From Lama glama (lineage: Eukaryota): DNA of 64,000 bases. The position numbers and the translations under genes are program-made. Location of the stretch: positions 47,432,001-47,496,000 of the forward strand of contig CM052817.1 in NCBI GenBank assembly GCA_028534125.1, written 5' to 3'. The notes beneath the pieces are model-generated. The model was given only the letters and a program-made list of their open reading frames with translations, was not told the DNA's origin and searched no databases. Positions 1-13,000 of this stretch are shown one piece after another (the first letter of the stretch is position 1; each line of letters opens with the position of its first letter).

Positions 1-654
1 AAGCAACACAGTAAAATGACAATTCTCAAAATGTGTTTTTATGAACCTTAGTGAGCTAAGATGGAGTTGTTGTACTGCTGAAGTACAATTATAGTCTTTC
101 TTGAATATTATATTTTACATTTAATCTCTCTCACATATACACACAACATTAATATAAAATTTTATCAGTGTGTCTTCTAGGTATTTAAAACTAAACTAAA
201 TTTAATTAAACTAGCTTAATTCAAACTTAAACTAGAAATTTGAAACTTATTATTGCTTTTCTATGGTATGACCTAGTATAAGATTATAATCAATTTGCAC
301 AGAATAATGGATATTGAGTTAGCTCAGCTTCAATTATGTATTGCATTATTTGGCACATATTTCTTGGCATTCTAAAAAAAGCTATCTAGCTCTCCTCTCC
401 TTCCTTAATAGATTTGAGAGTCACTGCAGTAAAATGACATTTAAGTGTCACAATTAAAAATAGAATGTTTCCATAGCATAAGATTTTTTAGAATATCTAG
501 CACAGAATTTTCAAGAAAAGGTTAGTAATTTTTGTTGGAATTCTTTTTAAAATGTCTTTTATATGATTTTCATTTTAAACTCAGTTGAACACAAATTAGT
601 CTTTTCTTAGTGACTGCTGTTTGCTATTACAGACATGCAGAGACTGGAGCTTTA

Positions 655-830
655 CATTTGCTGTAGTGCTTTACAGTCTTACAAAGAGCATTTACAGACA
701 TTATCTCATCTGAAGCTCCCTGGACCCCACACCCCTTACCCTTGTTGGCCATTTACATTCTGATGAGGATTAGGAAGCCATCTAACCTGGTTTATTAGAA
801 CTGGGTGTCAAATATAGCTGTGAGGACCCC
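655..830 (-). mobile_element. MIR SINE remnant
   Basis: Degenerate MIR core motifs (gtgctttacagtcttacaaagagcatttacagacattatctcatctgaagc ... ccatttacattctgatgagga). Confidence 0.55.
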
Positions 831-1702
831 TCCTAGTGAGTAAGGAGGGTGGCCTTTGTAATAGCTGTTTCTATGCTCAGAAGCTATTTGGCTTAATTCT
901 GGTTCTTGGCAGTGTTTAAGTTGAGTGATGTAGCTGGAAGAGTTGCCAGATGAGAGGGGACTTATGCAGCTGGCTTTTTAGCATAGATCATTGTTTTATA
1001 AATATCCCCTGAAAACTGATGTCAAAGGGATTGTATGAAGATTTAATTAAAATATAATAAAATGTTTACTACAATGTGCTTAATGCTGTAATACACATAG
1101 TAAATATTTAAACAATTAATCTGTGCTAAATCTTGGAAAGTAGTTTGAGAAATACCATAAATAGTTTCTGTATTTTCACATGGGATCATAGAATGGTAAA
1201 TGTGGAGGGCTTTGTGTCATAAAGGGGAATTTATGAAGTATTGTCTTGATACCATACGTCAGTTAAAGAGCATTAAAGATGGATTAGAAATGATTGCATC
1301 TGTTTAAACAGAATCCTTCAGCACCATATGTAATCTTGTGTGTGACGTTTCTAAATATTTCTAAGTTATAATTTAAGAGTTGTAAATTTCTGGAAGTATT
1401 ATAAATAATAGTAGTACTTAGAATGTCATGGTCTGAGACTTCTTAATTTTATATATATTGGGTTTTATTCCTTTCAGTCACTCCGTTATATACTGTGAAA
1501 TAAAACTACAGGGCTTGAAGGCAGGAGTGTGAGTTATTTAATATAATAAATAAAAATGCATGATCTTTGAGCTTCCAAAAATATTCATTGAATGCATGAC
1601 TATCTAAATGAATATATTAGTGAATAAAAGAAACTTCACTACTTAACTGTTGGTGCTGATGATTTTTTACATGGGACAGTCTCATCTAAAAGCATGAGTG
1701 CC

Positions 1703-1778
1703 TTTTTTTTCCTTTTAACTGAAGTGTAGTTGGTTTACAATATTGTGTTAGTTTCAGCTGTACAGCAAAGTGATTCAG

Positions 1779-1814
<36 letters not shown>

Positions 1815-2237
1815 TTTAAATTGCATTCCATTATTGGTTATTATGAGATATTGAATATGTTTCATTGTACAGTACAGTAAATCCTTGTTGCTTATCTATT
1901 TTATGTATAGTAGTTTGTGTCTGTTAATCCCATTCTCCTAATTTGTCCCTTCTTCTGTTCCTCTCCCCTTTTGGTAACTGTAGTTTGTTTTCTAAGTCTG
2001 TGAGGCTGTTTCTGTTTTGTATATAGATTCATTTGTCTTATTTTTCATATAAGTTGATATCATACAGTATTTGTCTTTCTCTGTCTGACTTACTTCACTA
2101 AGCATAATATTCTCCAGGTCCATCCATGTTGCTGCAAATGACAGTATTTCATTCTTTTTTATGGCTGAGTAATATGCTATTGTATACATATAGCCCATCT
2201 TCTTAAGCCAATTTCCTGTTGATGGGCATTTGGATTG
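1703..2237 (-). mobile_element. 5'-truncated L1 (ORF2 C-terminus plus 3' UTR), antisense to the host gene, with an internal (TA)n at 1780-1810
   Basis: Poly-T followed by the L1 3' end (gaagtgtagttggtttacaatattgtgttagtttcag). ORF 1992-2198(-) YYSAIKKNEILSFAATWMDLENIMLSEVSQTEKDKYCMIS is the L1 ORF2p C-terminus. Confidence 0.93.
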
Positions 2238-2379
2238 TAAAAAAACGCAATTACTTTAAAAAATAGTCACTCCATTTTTGGTAGCGACTGAGGGCAATAT
2301 AGTGTGGTGGGAAGAGCAGCAGAAGAACCTACCTACAACGGCTCTGATAGTCTAGGGTCTGGAATATATTTGGCTTTAC

Positions 2380-5080
2380 CACTTGCTCTTTCCACTGCCT
2401 CTTCAGCCCTGCTACTCTAATTAGACTCTGTGTGTGTCTGGTTACCTCTCGCAGTCTTCGCTCTATGTGTCTTCTTCACTGCAGTCACTTTTATTTTGAT
2501 GAAACTCTTTCCTATTTAGATGCCCATGACGTTCTACTCTGTTTTCCTCCCGTCTCCCTGGCCATTCCTTTTCAGTTTCCTTCTAAGATGTTTCGTTTTC
2601 ACTTGTCCATTTCTTACATTAATTTCCTCATCTACCCTTCCTCAAATATTAGGCACCTAGTTTGAGCCAAAAACTGTCTGGACCCTGGGATACAGCAGTG
2701 AGTTTGACAAAGTCTATGCTTGATGAAGTTTATGTTCCAAAAGGGTGACAGACAATCACATAGGTGATGCCTTGAAGTAAAAAAGGCTGGGATAGAGAGG
2801 GAAGGGGAGGCTAATTTATGTAAGTGGGGGTAGTGCCATTGGGCCAGGGACCATGTGGCTCCAGCAGAAAGAGCAAGGTATAAAGTATTAGGAGAAGCCA
2901 GAAAAACAGTGTCAAGCCATGCAGGGCCTTGAAGGCCATGGTCTTCAGTTCAGATCTTAGGAATTTCCTATGTAGTAATAGCCTAAGATTCTGGAAGCAT
3001 TTCTCAAGATTCTCTGTAGGCTCTTCCTCAAATCTCTTTGTGAATTTTTTTTTCTGTATTTTATTTTTTTCAAGAATTTTAGCTATTGCCTCTGAGAAGA
3101 CACATTGTGGCTGTGGCAGTTTTCCTGAATAACAATTCTGCATTTCTCCACTGCGTGTTGGGCATTTTCACCACCACCTCAAGTGAACATGCTTAAAACT
3201 AAACTAATCTTCTCTCTGCCTTTCTAATCAGCTTTCCATTTTAACTTTTCTGTTTCTGTGAATGAAAGTATTCGTTTCCTAGTCACTCAACTTCAAAATT
3301 TAGGGCTGATCTTGGATCGCACCTTCCTCTCTTCCTTTTTCTTTTCTTCTCATTTTGTCATTCAGCAAATATTTATTGAGCATCTAGTTTGTGCCAGGCA
3401 CTGTTTTAGGCACTTGGGATACACAGTGAACAGAGTAGACTAAAAGTAATTCCTGACCATCCCTATTCCCAGGAGACTGTTAGGACGTTGACAGTGAACA
3501 ATGGACATGATAAATGGTTATGTTGGCTAGTGTGTTACAAAGCAGTGTGTACAATGGGAAGGATGGAGCAGAGCGAGAGGGCTTGGAGGTGCTGGGTGGG
3601 AAAACAGGTGCGTAGTCAGGGTGTGCGTCATGGGAAGTTAGGCAAGGACCAGAGGATATGAAAGAGTAAGGCATGTGGAATTCTGAGGAAGAAGATCCCA
3701 CGAAAGGAAAGTGCAAGTGGAAAGTGCCTTTCTGGTTCAAAGGCCTTAATAAGGGCACTGTCTGGGGTGTCACGCATCATCGAGGAGCCCACTGCGGCTG
3801 AAGTGGAACCAGCAAGGGTGACAGTAAAGAGACGAGGCCCTGGAGGTAGAGGTGCTGAGAGCAGGGGAAGCTGAGTGACCTACCTAAGAACTTTGGTTAT
3901 TCATCTGCATGGAAGGGGAGCTCTTGGCAGCTTTAAATGTAAGCAGAGAAGCTTATGTTTTAAAAGGCACCAAGTATTTATTTTTGCCTGTTATCACTCT
4001 TGAATTCATTCTTTTTTCTCTTTTTCTCTTGCCATCACGTCCTCTGCTACCTGAACTTTATTTTAGCCTCGTGCTTGCTTATTTTCTGGACTTTCTCCCA
4101 CTTGGAACATAATCATCAGAGAAATCTTTTAAACACTGCCTTGTTTTAGTCCATCTGGTCAACCATAGTTGTTGCTGCTGGTCTTCATTCTTCATTAAAA
4201 TTCAGATGCAAGGTGACACAAGTCCTCCATGCCCTTATTTTCCAGAACTTCCCTGTGCACACTCTGCTCTGAATGAATTGGTTACCCACTATCCTCAAGC
4301 GTATCTTGGGCTTTTGCACTGGACAGCCTTTGCTCAGGCCTGAGCTGTCTCACGTCTAATGCCTCCTCTCACACCACCAGCGTGGCAGTCCTCCCACCTT
4401 TTGAAGATCATCACAGCCTCTAAAAGTGCTTCTCCCTCCACCCCTTACCACTTATTCATGTCATTTTTCATCAAATATGTATTGAAGGCATATTTTATGC
4501 AGCGATTGTGCTGGCACTTAAGGAGACAAAGGGGAGTGAAGAGACACTAGTCCTTCTCAGGACCTGACAGTGCCAGGGGGAGACAGAATAATAAAGGTAA
4601 CATTTAGGTAAGGCAACCTGGGACTTGTGTTAAGGGCCGTGAGAGAAAACACATTGCTCTGAGTCAGAATGATTATTAAGATGGGCCCTAATTCAGATGG
4701 GGGCACCTAATCTATGTGGGAATGAGGAAGTCAGAAGATCATTTCTAAGGAAACGATATATATGCTAAGACCTGGAGAATGAAAAGTTGCCAGCTAGGGG
4801 AAGTGTGGCATGGTGGAGAAGGAGCCTTCTAAGCAGAGCCATTGGCATTTCAAAAGCTTGGGGCTGTAAAGAGCTTGGGACTATCAAAAGAAAACCAGAA
4901 CTGAGCAAAGGCCCAGCAGTCTGGGGTGCAGTAAGTGCAGGGGGAGTGGCGAAGCTTGAGCATGACAGGCAGGGCAGGTGATGCAGGCCTTGAAGTCCAT
5001 GGTGGAGGGTGTCACTTTAAGTGCAATGGGAAGCAACTGAAGTGTGGTAAGTGACAGAGTGACACCATCTTATTGAGGTT
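2380..5080. mobile_element. Cluster of fragmented L2 LINE remnants in both orientations
   Basis: L2 3'-end motifs, e.g. tcattcagcaaatatttattgagcatctagtttgtgccaggcactgttttaggc (3358-3410) and tcatcaaatatgtattgaagg (about 4468), plus L2 body-like tracts. Confidence 0.7.
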
Positions 5081-5084
5081 GAGA

Positions 5085-5465
5085 CTGCCATCTGTTCCTC
5101 AGAATCCATTTGTCTTTCTCCCCGGGCATACAGCCAGATTCCATTTCCTGGCTGTCTTTGCAGTTGGCTGTGAGCCAGCCATGTGACTGTGCCCTCCCTG
5201 TGCAAGTAAGTGGTGGGGGTGGAAACGACCTGGACCAGCTCGTAGAAACCTCCCACGTGGGCTTCCTTGTGCTGTCGTTCCTTCTGACTGGGTGTCCTTG
5301 GGATCCCGTTTGGAGATGGCAGAGCCACTGTCAGCCTAGACACCTGCATGGCTGTGTGGAGCAGAGCCCTCCCCCAGCTGACTTAGAACCATGCTGAGCT
5401 TTTATGTGAGCAAGAAAGATGATTTGAGCTGTTATGTGTTCAGTCCATTTATTACCACATTCTAG
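5085..5465 (+). mobile_element. MaLR solo LTR (MLT1J-like) inserted in L2
   Basis: Motifs catttcctggctgtctttgcagttggctgtgagccagccatgtgact, gatggcagagccac and tgtgtggagcagagcc, and the end tatgtgagcaagaaa. Confidence 0.7.
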
Positions 5466-6772
5466 TTTTTCGAAAATAGTGTGCTATGTGGAAATGTGAG
5501 ACTGAACAATAGCAGTGGCCGAAGTGAAATTCCCATAGGGACTAGAGTGATTTCAGTTGAAATAGATTTTAGATAATTTTGGATGGAGAATCAGCAGCTC
5601 CTGTGGACTGTTTGCTATGTGTGTTAAGCTTGTGGGGAAAGATGCTCACTTGATTTGATTTTCAACCAACTGCTTGCTTTCTAGACTTCCCATAACATAC
5701 CTCACTGAATACCTTCAGGCATATATTTCATTTATTTGACTAGATTGCCCTCAACTGGAGGGTAAATGAACCATGTCTTTGAGAATGTTTTATTTTACTG
5801 AGATATCTAGTACAGGCTTTAGATAAGGTACTCTTTTCATTAAACTTTGCTTAAATTGATGAATAAGAGGGTAGGCTCTCAGATTTCCTGTCCATGGAGT
5901 TATTGGAGGTTATGTGACCCAGCTTTTGTCTTACTGTTGATACTCCCTCAGCCTCGCTTAAATTTCCATTGCCTTCTAAGAAGGAGGATTTGCTGTGTTA
6001 AATTTTACCTGTGGCCTGGTGGGGAAAGTAACATCATGGGGCCTGGGATTTGAATGTTTGCAATAGAAGATATGTAGAAAAGTTTAATAGCATGTGGGCT
6101 AATCCTTACTCCCCTCCCCATGACTTTCAAGTGTCCCCAGTAGCCATTGCCTGTTGCCCAGAGGTTGCTGGCTGCTTTGGTGACCACTGTTTCCACCCAG
6201 GGTTAGGCACTCATCTGGGAGAATCATGATCTACGGGCAGTCTCACGACAGGAGGTAAAAGTGTCATCCAGATGAGCAGTGATGAGGTCTGTAACTAAGG
6301 AAATGGCAGTGGAAAGAGAAGGATGAAAGAAGAATGCAAGAGACTTTACAGAACACGGTGCCTGAATAGATTTGGGGCAAAGAAAAGACTAGAAAAAAGA
6401 TGAATACTGATAAACTTCAATATATAAACTTAGATATACAACAGGCCTGTGTTTCCGTGATAAAGCCAGTTAACACTGCCTCCCACCAACAGATGGCGTT
6501 AGTAATGAGGCTGGACAGTTAAGCCTTGGATGTGGTACTGCTAGTTAACTTGTTATATGTTTGCTGTGTTTATGCTTAGCTTGGGTATGTTTTATGAACA
6601 TTATTAACCCATTCATGCCTGAGCAGGGCAAATAGGTGATGTTGAAAATTACTGGTAAAAAGAGATATGGAATATGACACTAATGCTAAAGAGATTAAAA
6701 TGACAATTGAAAAGCATGAGAAAAATGTTGGAAATTTGACCAGATGAAAACACAACTCCAAATACTGGATTT

Positions 6773-7385
6773 ATATGCCTTGGATGTGATACATATTTTC
6801 AAAATAATTATAATTTATTGGAGTTGTGTCTGGAAGATCAGCATTACTATGGAATGCCCACTAGCTCAGCGTTCTTTTTAATGAAGGCTAGAAGTTTGTT
6901 CAAGAGGGTAAAAACTAAACATTGTGAAGGAGCTGTAGTGGTGTTTCTTTGTAAGACATGATCACATAAGTTCAAGGGCTGTTTGCATATGCACAACATT
7001 TAGGTAGGTGTAGAGATGGCACATGGAGACACCATTCCCTGTGAGGCTTACCTAGGGGAAGAAAGGGACAGAGTGTATCTGGTGGGAGAAATCAGATTGA
7101 AAATGAGGGGCCAGATTCAAATGCATCACAAAAGCTATAGTTGTAGGCACATTTGCTAAAAACAAGTGCTGTTTGGCAAAACATACCTACCTTCCACGTC
7201 TGTGCTGCTTGACACAGAATAGTAGAGCCATTAGACCAATGGTTAGAAGGGGTGGGAATCACTCCCCCTCCCCCGTTGCCTGTGTACTGTGAGAGCCAGT
7301 GACCTTATATTTGAAAATATAGAATAAGGGCCTCAGAAGAAAATATGCCTTGGGTGTGATACATATTTTCAAAATAACTACAATT
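6773..7385 (+). repeat. 43-bp direct repeat pair (6773-6815 and 7343-7385), 570 bp apart
   Basis: atatgccttggAtgtgatacatattttcaaaataaTtaTaatt versus atatgccttggGtgtgatacatattttcaaaataaCtaCaatt; 3 transitions. Confidence 0.95.
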
Positions 7386-8337
7386 CTACATTAATACATT
7401 ATTTCTTCAATTCTGTTTTCAAAAAGTGTACTGCTGTTTAAATGAATAGCACATATTAATATATGACCTTTACACTAGGAATATGAGCTATAACTATTTG
7501 ACTGCAATGTGGACTTGCTACTTAAGGAAGAATAAATTTCAGACAAAACCATCATTTCATTTCTCTTTACCTATAGTACTCAACAGTATAGTTCTGGTGT
7601 TTTCTAAATAAACAAAAGATGAAAGAGTCAGAAAAAACACTCAAGAGGTAGAAGGAAGGAATTGAATATAAAATAACATTTTCAATCAAAAGGATGAGGC
7701 TTGAGGAGGGAAAAAATATATAAAATCATGAAATTAGATTAATATGGGACAAATGTGAATTTGTTCTTAAAATAAATACATATTAGAAATGTGGGGTTTC
7801 CAGTGAAACTTAAGAGACTACTAAAAGACAGAAATAACCTTGTGTACTGAGTGAACCATGGAACTCATTCCTCTTACACTGTAGTGGGATAGCATAGATA
7901 TGTAGATGAGTTTAAAAAAAAAAACTTCACCTTCATGGACAGCAGCTCCACAATGGGTTATTATGGGAAATTAGAGTTGTTTCTTGAATTTATGTGCCCC
8001 ATAATATTTTTAGAGATAAAATACCAAGCAGAACATATAAATGTAGTTCTTTTACAGTCTAATGGAATATATAGATTGTATGATTTTCTTATTCTTACCC
8101 TGTATGACATTCTTATTCTATCTTATGTGAATTTTTTATTCCTACCATATATGAATTTCTACTTTATCTGAGTAACTGATATTTAGTAGTCACTTAACCA
8201 CTTTAAATTTACAACCAAAAGTGGAAAGAAAAACCACCAGCTTTCAAAAACTGTATTCTTGCCACTTAAAAGGGAACTTGTGAGCTAGAGATGATAGGTA
8301 TTTCTCTTAAAATTAACACATTTTATGCTTTCTTTAG

Positions 8338-8494
8338 GCTGGAATGATAAAAAGTGATAATGATGAGTATTTCATTGAACCCTTGGAAAGAGGTAAGCAG
8401 ATGGAAGAAGAAAAAGGAAGGATTCACGTTGTCTACAAGAGATCAGCAGTAGAACGGGCTCCCGTAGACATGTCCCAAGACTTCCACTACAGAG
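8338..8494 (+). CDS. ADAMTS3: Internal coding exon (157 nt, phase 0 to phase 1) of ADAMTS3 procollagen N-proteinase, prodomain region, probably exon 4
   Basis: Acceptor ttttatgctttctttag|GCT with a TTAAC branch-like motif at 8313-8317, and donor AGAG|gtaggc. The open frame gives AGMIKSDNDEYFIEPLERGKQMEEEKGRIHVVYKRSAVERAPVDMSQDFHYR, with the reprolysin propeptide motifs YFIEPL and HVVYKRS. It matches my recollection of human ADAMTS3 apart from about 4 substitutions. I saw no other ADAMTS3 exon in the window. Confidence 0.95.
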
Positions 8495-9203
8495 GTAGGC
8501 ATCTTTGACAAGGCTTAATAATTAACTATGATTTTAAGACACCATGGCAAACACTCTCCCATCAATTAAGAGAATGTGATTGTCATGTGCTCTTCTATAA
8601 TGTGGAGATAGCAAAAGAAGTTTATATCTATAAATCATGAAATATGGCTTGCCTATTTTAAAATGCATGGAGGACTATGTTATAGGCATTATTTTATTTC
8701 AGTGCTTTATTGTATCCCCAAATGTTTGTTACTTATGATCTCTTTTAAAGTTTCACATTAAAACTATCTTTTCTCTAACATGTTAAAATTTGAAAATATT
8801 TGTGTCTTTCAGAAGTATCTAAATTATCCATTATCAATATTATTTTAAAACTTTTAAAATGAGATATGGCAAAGAATTGTATTTTGTAAGACCAGCATGA
8901 TAGATACATTTGAAATTAAGAATACTATTTGTCTATTTTGCAAAGCTTTTTACAATGTAGAAGAGACACATGAGTTGAACGATTCTGTCAAATTTTATTA
9001 CAAGGTAGGCTGGACTGCTAAAGTCAAGTAAATTATGGCATATTAGATATTCTATTTTGGGGGGTTTTTTGTTTTAATGAAATCTGAAAGCAACTTGGCA
9101 TTAGAGATGTTTTTATAAATTGGGTATAGAAGTTCCCTTTATGGAGAAAAAAGGAAATTTGGAAATCTATTTTTTTTTTAAACCAGATCTCAAAAAGTCC
9201 ATA

Positions 9204-9447
9204 CAGTTGATCTTCGAACAGTGTTGGGGTTGGGGTAACAACCCTCCTTGTAGTAAAAAATCCAAGTATAATCTATAGTCTGCCTCTTAACATACACAGG
9301 TCCTCCATATCCGAGGTTCTGTATCCACAGATTCATTTAACCCCGGATTCAACCAACCATGGATCAGCGGATCATGTTTAGCTTAGAAAAAATTCATGTA
9401 TAAATGGACTCGAGCAGTTCAAACCTGTGTTGCTTAATGGTCAACTG
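9204..9447. mobile_element. TcMar-Tigger MITE (MER8-like)
   Basis: Terminal inverted repeats CAGTTGA...TCAACTG flanked by TA on both sides; internal ggattcaaccaacc and cagttcaaacctgtgttg motifs. Confidence 0.88.
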
Positions 9448-9774
9448 TACTTTCTTTTGCCCAGCCAACTTTCTGAATTAAAGGCAATGGAAATTTCCCC
9501 TAAGGAAATATCAGGGATACAAATAATCTTCTTAATTTAGTGGCCATCTGTCTTCTAGATTAATGATGTCTTTTGAGAGTTGTTACCTGGTTATTAGTCT
9601 AATTTTCAGATGCCACCAGCTTCTCTTACTGTGTTGTACTAACAGGATAGTATAGTTTAAAATAAATTTAAAATTAATATTGCCTGAAAAGTTTTTGAAA
9701 AATTTCTGATTTGAAACAACAGGATTATATTAATAGATGCAGAGGTATGAAACATGTGCCTATCCCAGAGGGTC

Positions 9775-10030
9775 ACTGTGGTGTAATAGAATGAAAACAC
9801 ACTTTGCCGTTAGATAGACCGGTGTGAGTAACAGCTTTACAACCTCAAGTTGTTCTGTTACCTTAGATTAGTAGTTAACCTTTTTGAGCCTCCTTTCCTC
9901 TATGTGTGATTAGAGAATAAAAATACATTGCACAATTGTAATCAGAATTAGAAATAATATATGTAAATTCCTGAAGGTAGCCCTCAACAATAAAAGGTGC
10001 CTAGTTAATGCTAGCTGGTATTATTGTATT
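9775..10030 (+). mobile_element. MIR SINE
   Basis: tgtggtgtaatagaatgaaaacacactttg ... ttaacctttttgagcctcctttcctc ... ttgtaatcagaattagaaataatatatgtaaa. Confidence 0.65.
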
Positions 10031-13000
10031 ATTCATATTAATTATTTTGTGCAAAAGATTTGTATGTTAGGAGTTTTGTTAAAGTTGAATAGTTAGATAT
10101 TGCCTGCCCTGATGTTGTGAATATATTACCATTAATTCTCATTTATAAATATTTCATGTTTTAAAAATGTCACTCTAAATCAGAAGACTGGTTAGATCAA
10201 AGGATAGTAAGATACAGTACTTTTCCTATAGTCTTGATTGTCATGTGTTAATAATATCTAATACCTCTTTTGAGGAAATGGTCAGATGTCTTTTAGGAAA
10301 GCATAGCCTGCATGTTATGGAATGGTCTTGGAGGACTGGAAATCAGATCAGTCTCTATGACTGTCCTTCCATTCACTCCACCTGTCCTAGTCTAGTTTCA
10401 CCAAACTGTACCCTACTGCTCCATTTCAATCTCTGAAAGTATTTCTATAACTATCAGTAGCTTGGTATTAATAGGGGAGAAGATTAATTTTTTCTTGAAA
10501 TAAGAAAATTGCAAAAACTATTGTTTAATATCTATTATATTTTAGGTGCTAGACTAGGGGAAATAATTTAGAAGTCAAGGTGTATAAATTTAAGAGAATA
10601 GGATGGAATTAAGATAATTTGGCACATTACTTTAGGAAATTATTAAAAATATAAATTCCAGTAACATCAATACCAATATACTCAGGTTATATGTGTAATT
10701 TTAAAGAATGCAGACTCTGAAGGCTGTTTGAGTTTTTCAACTGCAAATAGGTTACTTTATAGTAAAGGTAGGCCACAACCTAGAGTAATATATTTTGGAA
10801 AGGTTTTCAACGGTCATGGGTCAAAGCAAAAGGGGTTCCTTTGTTAACTCTCAGTTACTTTAAAACTTGAACCAAAATGGAACCATTCAGTTCTCTTAGA
10901 ATATTCCATGTAAGCTCTAGTATGAGGTTAACAATTTTTATTTCCTTACTTACGCAGTTCTGATAGAACTGATTTTCTGGTGATATCGATTTACCTCTTT
11001 TAGAGAGTCTTAAATTATGACTATGTATTTTAAAAGATTTTAAAAGTGTAAATATCTTCGTAAGGTAGAAAGAGATTCAGATTCAGAACTTGAAGTACCA
11101 TACAATAACTTTTAGATTCTCCTTTTAACTTCTTGGTTACAGGACTGTGAGCCAAGCTTTTCCATGGACTAACCATTTTCCAAGTTAAAGTTAAGAATAT
11201 ATTTCTATAATTTATTCCATAATTCTAAAATGTAGAATTCACTAGATCTAGGATTAGAAAGGTACATTGATTTATGAATTAAAACTGCAGTACCATATGA
11301 AATAGTGCTTCTTTATCAGGATCAACATAGGTTATTAATTGAGGAGACATGAGGTCTCTCTTCAAAGAATTATAGGAAAAGGAATAAAATACATAAGACT
11401 AGACTTTGTTAGAAAGAGAGATATTTGAGAGTCATGGTCTTCATAAATTTCTCTGCCAGAAAGTCATCAGGAGGAGTTTTAACAATAATCAAAGGCACTT
11501 ATAACCCCACAGTTTCATCAGCAGAGTCCCTGTAAATCAGTGCTCTGCTGTATTTTGTTAGTTGTCACAGTGATTGCCTCATCACATTTCTTGTTTTGTC
11601 AGCTTAGCAATTCAGAACTGTCATTCACTTGAGGTCTGTAATTTGTTGCAAGTGCTCTAAATTAAAGCCAATTATGATCCAAACTAGGTGAGATGGAGAG
11701 AAGGGCCAAATTGATTGAGACTGATGTAAAACTGACAGGGTTATTTGATGGAGTAGATATTGGTGGGAGAGAGAGAAAGAATAATCAAGGCTGACTCAGA
11801 TTGCTAATTTGGAAGACTAGAGAATTCGAATATTTCAAATGGGAAGTAGAAATAGTCTTGATGAAAGATGACAAGTGGGTATAATTTTGGATATATTAAG
11901 TTAAAAGAGCCAATGGACAGCAAATGAACTAAAGAAATGCATAACATATTTTCATACTCATGTCCCCAAGTCACTGCAAAGAATGTCCTTACATACCTGT
12001 CGTGGTAGGGATGTTTAGAGGTTATCTGGGGAATTAGGTGCCAGCTGTTGTCTCATGGATGCTTAGAATGTCTCTGCTTGCCTTCTACTCTCTCATTCCC
12101 AACTCTGTATCAGTGAGAATCAGAAATTGAACATTGCACAAGTTTGGGAGCCCATGAAATATGTTTGCTACCTATCACTATAGGAGAGAAGGCATTATAT
12201 CCTTAAAAAAATAAAAATAAAACAAAAATTGTTCTTCTACCGTACTTAAGAACCCTAAGTTAATCCACTTGACTGAATGCAAACATCTATTTTGATTCCT
12301 GATCTTTAAGAATATTTAGCTAGGTTTCCAATAAAAGTCACAGCTTTGAACCTGTTGAGATTATGTATTATATAATATAACTCAACAACAATAAAAAAGC
12401 CTCAACCATTCCCATATATTGTACAGATTTTCTTTCCTTGACCCTTAGTAGGAAGTTGTATTGTTTTTGAAATGGGGAAACATATTAAATAGCTGTTTAA
12501 AAATATATTGAACTTGTAAAATTACAGATACAGTGCTCTGCCATAGAATTACTCTTTTAAGAATAAGACCTAAAGCAGTTTTACATTTGGCAATATAAAT
12601 AATCTCTTCCAGTGCAGAACTGGCAGGTATTCATAACACATAGCACTGCCAGGTTCTGGCAAAGGAACACCATCCTTTTCATTAAGCAACAAATATAAAC
12701 TTGGCATGCTTATGATAAAGAAACTTGTCTACTTCGTCATGGGGGAGAATTGAATTTAGTTCTTTTTCTGATTTCTGCGTTGGGAGTATGGAAACCACTT
12801 CCATTCTGGCATCTTTAGGTGGGACAAAATTATTTTATATTTTACTGATTTGAAATATTACTTGGTAACAACATAGCTAATAAACTATTAAAGGGTCCTA
12901 AAGTTCACCTCCGCTGTTGAATCAGTCATTGATCTAAACTCAGATAAAAACCAAAATATACTTCTGACCATCTCTGAAGAATGTCTACATTATCATCAAC

